Assembly: GCA_002269645.1 (NCBI GenBank)
Contig: NIVC01001373.1
Location: 62,001-126,000 of the forward strand
Length of the DNA stretch: 64,000 nt
Source of the DNA: Macrostomum lignano
Taxonomy: Eukaryota
Direction: 5' to 3'
Position numbers and translations under genes: made by a program. The notes beneath the pieces were generated by a model. That model was not told the DNA's origin. It made no database searches and was given only the letters and a program-made list of their open reading frames with translations. The number at the start of each line of letters is the position of its first letter. The stretch's first letter is position 1. This document shows, in pieces, positions 12,401 to 24,400 of this stretch.

Positions 12401-15400
12401 ACACCACTTGTCCGCCTTTGCTCACAAATGTAGTACGGAAGTTGATGCAGATGTCTGTTTTCCGAGTTGGTTAGCAAGTTTCATTAATTATTTTAAATAA
12501 AAAATTAAAATAAATTCGGCTGAACTACTTATGACATAATATGAGTAGAGTAGTTTGCGCATAACAGTGAAAACTGAGCGAAAGGCTCTAACGGCAAGGG
12601 CTACGAGCGATCTGTCCTGTTCTTTCCCGATTCAGTGGAGAAAGGAGCGCGATTATCCCCTCAGAATCCACAAGCTGGGCCGGATTTTCCCTCCCCATGT
12701 CGCGGGTGATTAAGCGAAAGTGGATTAGCTGACAAGACAGCTGCCGATTGCAGTTTTGCCTGCTCTCGCGCATTTGGGGTCCCGTCGCAATATGATTTTT
12801 TGTTAGTCTGTGAGTAGCTGCTAATTGAAGACTGAGCTGGGCTGAGCGGCTATGGAAAGCTTGGCTGCAAATTCACTCTAATAATAATATTATATTGTAT
12901 TATATACTTGCCGATCCTAACTTGCTTTGCATTTAACCTGCTAAATTGCATGTAGTATATTTTAATAGACTAACCGATGTACTTTCAGTATACGCTTATT
13001 TAATTGTAAAGCAAATGTACTTTACTATACTATAATTTACACACCGGGGAATGCACACACTGCATGTACACTCGGGTGTAAATTGAATGTACACACTGGG
13101 GAATGCACACACTGCATGTACACTCGGGTGTAAATTGAATGTACACACTGGGGAATGCACAAACCGAACGTACACTCGGGGTGTAAATTGAATGTACACA
13201 TCGGGAAATGCACACACCGAACGTACACTCGGGGTGTAAAATGAAAGTACATATCGGGGAATGCACACACCGCATGTACACTCGGGGTGTAAATTGAATG
13301 TACACATCGGGGAATGCGCACACCGAACGTACACTCGGGGTGTGAATTGAATGTACACATCTGGGAATGCGCACACCGCATGTACACGCGGGGTGTAAAT
13401 TGAATGTACACATCGGGGAATGCGCACATCGCATGTACACTCGGGGTGTAAATTGAATGTACACATCGGGGAATGCGCACACCGCATGTACACTCGGGGT
13501 GTAAATTGAATGTACACATCGGGGAATGCACACACCGCATGTACACTCGGGGTGTAAATTGAATGTACACATCGGAGAATGCACACACCGCATGTACACT
13601 CGGGGGTGTAAATTGAATGTACACATCGGGGAATGCGCACACCGCATGTACACTCGGGGGTGTAAACTGAATGTACACATCGGGGAATGCGCACACCGCA
13701 TGTACACTCGGGGGTGTAAACTGAATGTACATATCGGGGAATGCGCACACCGCATGTACACTCGGGGGTGTAAACTGAATGTACATATCGGGGAATGCGC
13801 ACACCGCATGTACACTCGGCCTGTTCGCACACAACTTCAACTTGCCGGCAATGAAGACGACCTCGACCAGCAGGTCGATGACCACCCCGGCGTCCTCAAT
13901 GGCGGCTGTGCCGGCCTTCCTGGCGCGGCCGTTGCTGTTGGCCGCATTGTACGGCACCATGATGGCGATGTAGAAGGTGAACAGCAGGATCAGCCAGTCC
14001 CAGCTGATCTTCAGCAGCCCGTAGTGCAGCAGGATGCAGCGCGACTTCTTAACCTCCTGCACCTTGTACTCGGGCATGGCGCTGCCGCCACCCAGGCTGT
14101 GAATCTGGGGCAGGGGGATTTTTTTGCAACATTGGGGATTTTGCCCCGTATTTCTTCCAACGCTTCGACTACATCTTTAGAGGCTGCATGAGTAAAGTGA
14201 GCAGCGAGTTTGAGTTCAGGCTCTGAGTGCTAGCAAACTGCTCGAAGTCAAGTAAGTGGACATAGTTTGAGCTTGAGTTCAATATTAGCATGGATAAGGA
14301 TGACAGCTGTGGTACAGGATGGCAGCTATGGTACAGGATGGCAGCTATGGTACAGGATGGCAGCTATGGTACAGGATGGCAGCTATAGTACAGGATGGCA
14401 GCTATGGTACAGGATGGCAGCTATGGTACAGGATGGCAGCTATGGTACAGGATGGCAGCTATGGTACAGGATGGCAGCTATGGTACAGGATGGCAGCTAT
14501 AGTGCAGGATGGCAGCTATGGTACAGGATGGCAGCTATGGTACAGGATGGCAGCTATGGTACAGGATGGCAGCTATGGTACATGATGGCAGCTATGGTAC
14601 AGGATGGCAGCTATGGTACAGGATGGCAGCTATGGTACAGGATGGCAGCTATAGTGCAGGATGGCAGCTATGGTACAGGATGGCAGCTATGGTACAGGAT
14701 GGCAGCTATGGTACAGGATGGCAGCTATGGTACAGGATGGCAGCTATGGTACAGGATGGCAGCTATGGTACAGGATGGCAGCTATGGTACAGGATGGCAG
14801 CTATGGTACAGGATGGCAGCTATGGTACAGGATGGCAGCTATGGTACAGGATGGCAGCTATGGTACAGGATGGCAGCTGTGGTTGCCCCAGTCAAAAGTC
14901 CCAGCCTTGGCCATCACCTTATTGAGCTGGCTAAACGGCTTGCTCTTGTTCCTGGAGTCGAACTGGCCGCTCAGATGGTACAGCACCGCCCTGGACCGTC
15001 GGCGTTGGTACTTGAAGGTCGAACTGCACTCCTCGCCGCCATTGTCGCTGCCGCCTGCGCAGTCCTCACCGCTGGAGGAGTCCGAGCCGGATGCTGATTC
15101 CGAGCTGGCTGTGTTTTTGTCCTTGCAGTTGACGCCGCCGCCGCCGCCGCCGCCGCCGCTGCTGCTACCGTTGCTGCCGCTGCTGCTGCTGTCCAGGTCG
15201 GCCTGCCTGGCGTCCTCGGCAACTGCAAGCGGCGCGGTTGGCTGCTGCTGCTGCCCTGCCGTCTGAGCTGCTTCGTTGCCGAGGTCCGGCCGAGTTGGCG
15301 CTAAATGTTTAGAGAGTGCATGCATAGTGTACATGCATAGTGTACATGCATAGTGTACATGCATAGTGTACATACATAGTGTACATGCATAGTGTACATG

Positions 15401-18400
15401 CGTAGTGTACATGCAATGCCCTGATTGGTTCATTGTATCCGCTCTGCCGCATATCCCCTGCTGTTGGCAACTCAGAGCGTTGAATGAGCGACTGCATAAC
15501 AACAAATAATTTTGCTTAACAAATAAGATAAGATTTCTAAGTGGAGCAGGAAACTCCGTTTGATGGAGCTGGGGCTGGAGGGGGGAACCCCGGAGGCGAA
15601 GTCTTTACAGGCTGGTGTGAAGGAATGATTTGTGTGACGGCAATTATAGAGATATACGGTACTTGCTCCTGATTGCTATAATTAATATAACTTTAGCACC
15701 TGCTGATCGATGGAACAGCTTGTTACTTGTTCACTGCGTCACGCAGTCACAGCCTGAGTTCACTGTGTCACCTATCACAGCCTCTGTTCACTGTGTCACA
15801 AAGTCACTGCCTGAGTTCACTGTGTCACCTGTCACAGCCTCTGTTCACTGTGTCACAAAGTACAACCTGAGTTCACTGTGTCACACAGTCACAACCTGAG
15901 TTCACTGTGTCACGCAGTCACAGCCTGAGTTCACTGTGTCACCTGTCACAGCCTCTGTTCACTGTGTCACAAAGTCACAACCTGAGTTCACTGTGTCACC
16001 TGTCACAGCCTCTGTTCAGTGTGTCACACAGTCACAGCCTGAGTTCACTGTGTCACACTGTCACAACCTGAGTTCACTGTGTCACCTGTCACTCCCTCTG
16101 TTCACTGTGTCACACAGTCACAGCCTGAGTTCACTGTGTCACACTGTCACAACCTGAGTTCACTGTGTCACACAGTCGCAATCTGAGTTCACTGTGTCAC
16201 GCAGTCACAGCCTGAGTTCACTGTGTCACACAGTCACAACCTGAGTTCACTGTGTCACCTGTCACAGCCTCTGTTCACTGTGTCACAAAGTCACAACCTG
16301 AGTTCACTGTGTCACACAGTCACAACCTGAGTTCACTGTGTCACACAGTCACAACCTGAGTTCACTGTGTCACGCAGTCACAGCCTGAGTTCACTGTGTC
16401 ACAGCCTTAGTCACAGAGTTCACATTGTGTCGCAGCCTTTAGTCACAGAGTTCACATTGTGTCACAGCCTTAGTCACAGAGTTCAGTCACTATGTCACAG
16501 CCTTAGTCACAGAGTTCACATTGTGTCACAGCCTTAGTCACAGAGTTCACATTGTGTCACAGCCTTAAGTCACAGAGTTCACATTGTGTCACAGCCTTAG
16601 TCACAGAGTTCAGTCACTATGTCACAGCCTTAGTCACAGAGTTCACATTGTGTCACAGTCTTAGTCACAGAGTTCAGTCACTATGTCACAGCCTTAGTCA
16701 CAGAGTTCAGTCACTATGTCACAGCCTTAGTCACAGAGTTCAGTCACGGCTAATTAATGGAAAATCGTCATAGAGCAATCAGAACCCTTTGCCCACTAGA
16801 GGGGATGGATTTCCCCCAAAAAATGGTCTTTCCTCTGATCCCCTCTGACAAATCGTGTCTGCAGCGCAGGCCAAATGTAAATAAACAGCCCACCAGCAGT
16901 TTGAAGGCAACGTCACCGGGAAATCTGCTTATTCAAGCTTTGAAGGTAGGTAAGGGAGTGGAGACTTGGCCCTTTGTCCTTCCGTCTGCCCTATAGTATG
17001 ATAGAAAGTAATGTACTTTTTTATACATCGTTTAATAATCCGGTCACGAATACATCTAGTCACAATCACAGGTCACAAGTGCTCGCTGCCGTTTTCATGA
17101 TCACGGTCAATTTAACACTCACCTTTTTTCTGCTTAGTGATGTCTTTGTGCGAGGCCAGGAACAAGACCACGTCGCCCTTCTCATTCTTTATCGGTACAA
17201 TGTCGAGCAGACAAACGAACTGGGATCCTAAATGGCAAGCGGAAATCAAATGTCAAGAAATCTGCTCTCAGAGTGGATTGGATGATTCCGGAGTGGGTGG
17301 ATGATTCCGGAGTGGGGTGGATGATTCCGGAGTGGGGTGGATGATTCCGGAGTGGGGTGGATGATTCCAGAGTGGGGTGGATGATTCTAGAGTGGGTGGA
17401 TGATTCCGGAGTGGGGTGGATGATTCTAGAGTGGGTGGATGATTCCGGAGTGGGGTGGATGATTCCGGAGTGGGGTGGATGATTCCGGAGTGGGGTGGAT
17501 GATTCCGGAGTGGGGTGGATGATTCCGGAGTGGGGTGGATGATTCCGGAGTGGGGTGGATGATTCCGGAGTGGGGTGGATGATTAATGATTCTGGAGTGG
17601 GGTGGATGATTCCGGAGTGGGGTGGATGATTCCGGAGTGGGGTGGATGATTCCAGAGTGGAGTGGATGATTCTAGAGTGGGTGGATGATTCTAGAGTGGG
17701 TGGATGATTCCGGAGTGGGGTGGATGATTCTAGAGTGGGGTGGATGATTCCGGAGTGGGGTGGATGATTCCGGAGTGGGGTGGATGATTCCGGAGTGGGG
17801 TGGATGATTCCGGAGTGGGGTGGATGATTCCGGAGTGGGGTGGATGATTCCGGAGTGGGGTGGATGATTCCGGAGTGGGGTGGATGATTCCGGAGTGGGG
17901 TGGATGATTCCAGAGTGGGGTGGATGATTCTAGAGTGGGTGGATGATTCTAGAGTGGGTGGATGATTCCGGAGTGGGGTGGATGATTCTAGAGTGGGGTG
18001 GATGATTCCGGAGTGGGGTGGATGATTCCGGAGTGGGGTGGATGATTCCGGAGTGGGGTGGATGATTCCGGAGTGGGGTGGATAATTCTAGAGTGAGATG
18101 GATGATTAATGATTCTGGAGTGGGGTGGATGATTCTGGAGTGGATTGGATGATTCCGGAGTGGGGTGGATGATTCTGGAGTGGGGTGGATGATTCCGGAG
18201 TGGGGTGGATGATTCCAGAGTGGGGTGGATGATTCCGGAGTGGGGTGAATGATTCCGGAGTGGGGTGAATGATTCCGGAGTGGGGTGGATGATTCCGGAG
18301 TGGGGTGGATAATTCTAGAGTGAGATGGATGATTAATGATTCTGGAGTGGGGTGGATGATTCTGGAGTGGGGTGGATGATTAATGATTCTGGAGTGGGGT

Positions 18401-21400
18401 GGATGATTCTGGAGTGGATTGGATGATTCCGGAGTGGGGTGGATGATTCTGGAGTGGGGTGGATGATTCCGGAGTGGGGTGGATGATTCTGGAGTGGGGT
18501 GGATGATTCCGGAGTGGGGTGGATGATTAATGATTCTGGAGTGGGGTGGATGATTCCGGAGTGGGGTGGATGATTCCGGAGTGGGGTGGATGATTCCGGA
18601 GTGGGGTGGATAATTCTAGAGTGAGATGGATGATTAATGATTCTGGAGTGGGGTGGATGATTCTGGAGTGGGTGGATGATTCTGGAGTGGGGTGGATGAT
18701 CCCGGAGTGGGGTGGATGATTCCAGAGTGGGGTGGATGATTCCGGAGTGGGGTGGATGATTCTGGAGTGGGGTGAATGATTCCAGAGTGGGGTGGATGAT
18801 TCCGGAGTGGGGTGAATGATTCCGGAGTGGGGTGGATGATTCCGGAGTGGGGTGAATGATTCCGGAGTGGGGTGGATGATTCCGGAGTGGGGTGAATGAT
18901 TCCGGAGTGGGGTGAATGATTCCGGACTGGGGTGAATGGTTTCGGAGGGGGGTGAATGATTCCAGAGTGGGGTGAATGATTCCGGACTGGGGTGAATGGT
19001 TTCGGAGGGGGGTGAATGATTCCAGAGTGGGGTAGATGATTCCGGAGTGGGGTGAATGATTCCGGAGTGGGGTGAATGATTCCGGAGTGGGGTGGATGAT
19101 TCCGGAGTGGGGTGGATGATTCCGGAGTGGGGTGGATGATTCCGGAGTGGGGTGGATGCTCCTGGAGTGGAGTGGTAGTCTAGAATTGAAAATTTAATAG
19201 TGGACTGGGTTGCCTCAGTGTAAAAAAAGTTTCAGAAATTATCCAAACGAATTGATATTCATTTGACGCCAAACAGTTCGTCATACTGAAATAATGAATC
19301 ACAATTATGCTCTCGAGTTCGTAAGGACGTTTCCTGTGACTCAAATCCAAGGAAAGCTAAATTGGAGCTCTGTCGAGGTCATTCAGTGCAATAGTTGGAT
19401 TCCAGCTTTTTGTTGCGCCTGGCTTTGCAGGCCGAGCCGCTGGCGGCGGGCGACTGGCACCGAAGCGGGACGGAGTCTCGGCCGCCCCCAGGCCTCGGGT
19501 GCGCAATAGGAAACCGCCCGAGTGCGCCAGGGAGAAGTCCGATATCGGCGATAGAATGCCGGTTGCTGAGCTCCCTTAAGCGCTGCCTGGGAGGTAATAT
19601 ATTTTTTCAAGCGATAAAGCGATAAACGCTGCCAGCTTAGGGCCGAAGAGATCAAGGTTGCAAATTCGAGCGGCCAGGTGGGGACGGAAGCCGCGGCTGG
19701 TGCCAAGAAAATCTCCAGGGCCGCGGCCAGCTGCTCAAATGGCGACTTTCCACTCGCATATCTGCGCTCGCGGTTTCAAAATAGGACACACACGAGGGTG
19801 TGTCCGGCAGGTCGAGGGATTTTGAAACTGGTCTCGCTATCTGGGCTCGAAAAAATTAAAACAGAGCATGACATACACTACAGCCCAACACCCCCCTCAC
19901 AGCCCACCCTGCAGGAACAGGAATCTTCCATTCCGAGACACATCAATAACATTTTTTTATTAGAGGCAGGGGGGCTGTATGCACCCTGGCGCACTTTAAC
20001 CGGGATTGTCGCACAACTGGCGAGAGGCATTACTGCCCATTCCGCCGACTCCCCTAAGCAGGCAAACAAGCGTGCGGAAACGTACGCAGTCAGACGCACA
20101 GGCACAGGAGTGTAAAACGGCCCTAACTTATTTATCGTTATGTTTAAAAGTCGCGAATGAATTGCGCGACTTCTTCGCCGGCATCGTGAACGCGCCCGCG
20201 TCGCCGCTGCCCGCCAGCTTTGCGCTCCCACTGGACACGCCGCTCCCAGCTGAGGAGGACTTCTGCAACAGCCCAGTCACCACGGAGGACGTTGTGCTGT
20301 ACGCTCGGAAAACAACAGGCGGCAAGGCGCTCGGCCCCGACGAAGTCCCGGTCGAAGCGCTGCGGCTCCGCTGTGTGGCCTCCCGCGTCATGAACCGCGT
20401 GCTCGCCGGCGCTCCTGCGCCTACCGAGTGGACCGTCGTGCACATCGTGCCGATCCCGAAGAAGGCAGGGACAACGCGGAAGGAAGACCACCGCGGGATC
20501 TCGCTGATGTCCTGCACCGCGAAGCTCTTCAACCGGCTGCTGCTCGATCGTCTGCAGTCGGTGCTGGACCCGTACCTGCGGTACGAGCAGAACGGATTCC
20601 GGCCGCAACGCGGTACAGTGACACAGATCCTCGCACTCCGCCGTGTCATCGAGGAGGCGCGCATCCGCCAGTCTACGCTGATCATTGTCTTCGAAAGGCG
20701 TTTGACTCGGTGTGGAGAGCCGCGCTTCCCTTTGTCCTTCGAGCCTACCGGGTACCCCAGCAGCTAATCGACGCTGTCATGGCGCTGTATTGCGATACTC
20801 GAGCTGCTGTGGTGACGGCGGACGGCCGGTCTGACCTGTTCGATACTTCATCAGGAGTTCTGCAGGGCGACACGCTAGCGCCGTTCCTCTTCGTGCTGCT
20901 GCTGGACTCGGTGCTTCGGACCGCACTCGTCTCGGCTAATGACGGCTTCCTGCTGCGCAGACGCATCGGTCACCGCCACGGCGAAAAGCGCCTAAGCGTG
21001 CTTGGCTACGCCGACGACCTCGCCCTCCTGTCCTCGTCCGTCGAAGGCGCCCAGCGCCAGATCGATAGGCTGGTCGAGGTGGCATCGAGCGTCGGTCTGA
21101 TCGTCAACACGCTGAAGACCGAGGTGCTGACTGTGCCGGCCGATATCCCAGCGGACCTGACGTGCCGCGGCGCAGACGGGCAGACGACCAGGCTCGCACG
21201 CTGCCAGCGGTTCACCTACCTCGGCGGTCTGGTGCCCCACGTGGAAGAGGACCTCCGGCGGCGCAGAGGACTTGCCTGGGCGGCCTTTCGTTCGATCCGA
21301 GCCGTCCTCCAGTCCGAAGCGCTGCCCGACCGCCAGAGGGCTCGGCTGTGGCAGGCGGTGGTCGAAACCGTCCTGCTATACAACGCCGAGACGTGGACGC

Positions 21401-24400
21401 TGACGGCTACGCTAAAGCGGCAGCTGGACTCGGCGCACTCAAGGCTGCTCCGTGCGGCCTTTCGAGCTGACGAGAGCGTCGGGACCGAGGCCCTGTACGA
21501 TCGGGCCAAGCTGCAGCGCCCGTCCATCATTCTGCGCCGGCGGCGACCTCAACTGGCGGGTCATGTGATCCGGGCCGAGGGCTACTGCCCCCAACCTGTT
21601 CAGGACGTCCTGCTGCTCACCTTGCAGGGTCCGTTCAGGCGGGGTCAGGCCCGAACCCGTCGATACGTGGACTGCCTGCTGTGCGACGCTGGGGCGCCCA
21701 ACACTGCCAATGGAGCGGACTTTGTTCGCTCCCAGGCTCTGCGGCGCGCCATCTGACGCGCCCTGCTCTAGCTGTGACTGTGCATGCGGGGTCGCGTATT
21801 TTGTTGTTGTTATTTGTTTAAAAGAAACTTTTCAGGGCTCCTGACTCCTGTCACCCACTCTAGTAACGAAACAGTTAATCCTCGACCAGGATTCACCGCC
21901 CCTTGCCAGTCAAAAAGCTGTGAGACTCCCGCAGCAGACATTCGTAAAGCAGTTGAGCTCACCAGTCTTCTTGTAGAAGACGACCTCAGTTTGCAGCTCC
22001 CTCTGCGCTAGCAAGCTGTCCTCGATCTTCTGCCGCTCGGTGGGCTCGGTGGCCTGGCCCCACAAGAACCGGCAGGCGCAGGGCTTGGACATCACCTGGG
22101 CCCGGGCGAAGCCAGTCAGCTCGCAGAATCCGTCGGAGCAGTACACAATGGGCCTGTCCTTCGCCTGCGCGTTGCCTAACACGAAGTTGCTGTCTGTTGG
22201 ATGGCGGAGTGAGCGTTCAGGGTTGGGTTTGGGGCATGAAGTAGTCATAGTAGTCAAGAAGCTAGCTGGCAAAACATCCGGCTAGCTGGCAAAACATCCG
22301 GCTAACTGGCAAAACATCCGGCTAGCTGGCAAAACATCCGGCTAGCTGGCAAAACATCCGGCTAGCTGGCAAAACATCCGGCTAGCTGGCAAAACATCCG
22401 GCTAGCTGGCAAAACATCCGGCTAGCTGGCAAAACATCTGGCTAGCTGGCAAAACATCCGGCTAGCTGGCAAAACATCCGGCTAGCTGGCAAAACATCCG
22501 GCTAGCTGGCAAACATCCGGCTAGCTGGCAAAACATCCGGCTAGCTGGCAAACATCCGGCTAGCTGGCAAAACATCCGGCTAACTGGCAAAACATCCGGC
22601 TAGCTGGCAAAACATCCGGCTAGCTGGCAAAACATCCGGCTAGCTGGCAAACATCCGGCTAGCTGGCAAAACATCCGGCTAGCTGGCAAAATATCCGGCT
22701 AGCTGGCAAAACATCCAGCTAGCTGACAAAACATCCGGCTAGCTGGCAAAACATCCGGCTAGCTGGCAAACACATCCGGCTAGCTGGCAAACACATCCGG
22801 CTAGCTGGCAAACACATCCGGCTAGCTGGCAAACACATCCGGCTAGCTGGCAAACACATCCGGCTAGCTGGCAAACATTCGAAGAGTGCTAGTCGAGATG
22901 TAGGCGTTATAATAGCGGGTACTCAGACGTGGTTGTTAAGTCGATGTGTTGAAGCTGTTATGGGAAGGCTTTTCCGAGTTCAGAAGTGTCAGAAGGCGTG
23001 TGGACGTTAAGTCAGTTGTAACTGCTCAAAACTGTCTGCAAACTTTTCTCCCAGTTTCACTAAATTTATTAGCTAAGCAATAAAAGCAGATCGTCAGGCA
23101 AATAAAATTTACGAGCAACACTTTGAGCACAAGAGTAATAAATATGCAGAGTAGGCTTATCGCACGACAAACTGTCGAAGTTCTCAAGCTGTCAAGTTCT
23201 CAAGCCGACCTGTCACCGCCATGAAGTCCCAAGCTAACTGTCCTTGGTCTATGGATTCGACAAAGAATGGATTGCTAGTCTAACCAATCAATGAAAAATA
23301 TTTGCCGATGGGGGCTGTGGGCACCCGGTGCGCAATGGCTTTGCCGAAAATTTCTGCAAATTCCGCTGACTCCTCAGCACAGGCAGGCCCTGACTTTCAT
23401 GTCGTTGGCATGTACAGTCTCTGTCCCTCGGGGTGTGTCATTAGTGCTGCACTTTGCCCAGCACTATGACAAACAATATAATTACTCATTTTATCCCATT
23501 GGAACGAACAAGAAACTCCCACCTTTAGTCGCAAAAGGACCGACGCAGGAGTGAGAAAGAGAGACGAAAGTCAAAGAACGGAGCCAACGCAGAGCCCCTT
23601 AAAAAACAAGAGCACTGAGGTGAGCGAGCCCGGTCTGCTCAAAGCGTCACGCACCGGAGTCCAGCGTGCGAAGTGAGCAGCTCCCAGATTGAGCCAATAG
23701 TGCAGCGGACCCCCTGCATATGCCGCTCTCCCGCGGAGAGATTTGCTAAAAGGGCGGGAGGAGGTTGCCCCGGCTGAGCGCTGAGCAGGAAGGTTCGCTT
23801 ATTAATCACCCGCGATCGTATCGGTTGAGGATCTGGGAGCCCGGGTCCCGGACTGGGGGCGGTGGAGGAGGGGGTAAACACACACACCCGAAGAAGCTGC
23901 AGCTTGGCGTTGTGGGATCGCACGGAGAATGAAAGTCAATAATCCCTTCTTCCATACGCGAATTGGGGCGGATAATGGCGAAGGGGGCAATTATTACCTG
24001 CAAAATTTTTCTCCCATCCAGTTTCCAGAGGATACATTGAAGGTGCTCCAGTTCAGTGAGACCGAGGAACCTTCTGTGTCAGCTTCCACTGCTTAATCCG
24101 CGCCCTGCATCCTGTCGTTCTCACACATTCATTAATCACGCATTCCCTATTTGTCTTCATTCCCAGTCTGCGCTCGCGATTCGCACCTGCCCGATTGCCC
24201 GAGCAGTGCAGCGTGAAATTGAGCACACTTGCGAGTTCTCTAACTTGCTCCGGCGATTCAGTTCGAGCACCTGAGCGGCTCCACACCTCACAAAGGTAAA
24301 TTTAACCCCTAATCAAGCTTATTACGCAGAATAGCTAATCCCCCACCTGACTGAAATCGAGTTGTCCCTACAGCGATTGTATCATTACTGCGGGAAGCGC

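Noticed and set aside
12996-13832. Cys/His-rich 266-346 aa ORFs
   Set aside because: Translation of the 53-bp satellite. Only 13846-14104 of the 346-aa ORF is real channel sequence.
14267-14925. [19 protein letters not shown] repeat proteins
   Set aside because: All three frames show the same peptide, which is the signature of a 19-bp tandem repeat.
23290-24300. Alternative internal first exon of Elk (ERG1b-like) or an antisense gene
   Set aside because: The short ORFs are unrecognisable, and I found no convincing minus-strand donor in phase with exon 2.
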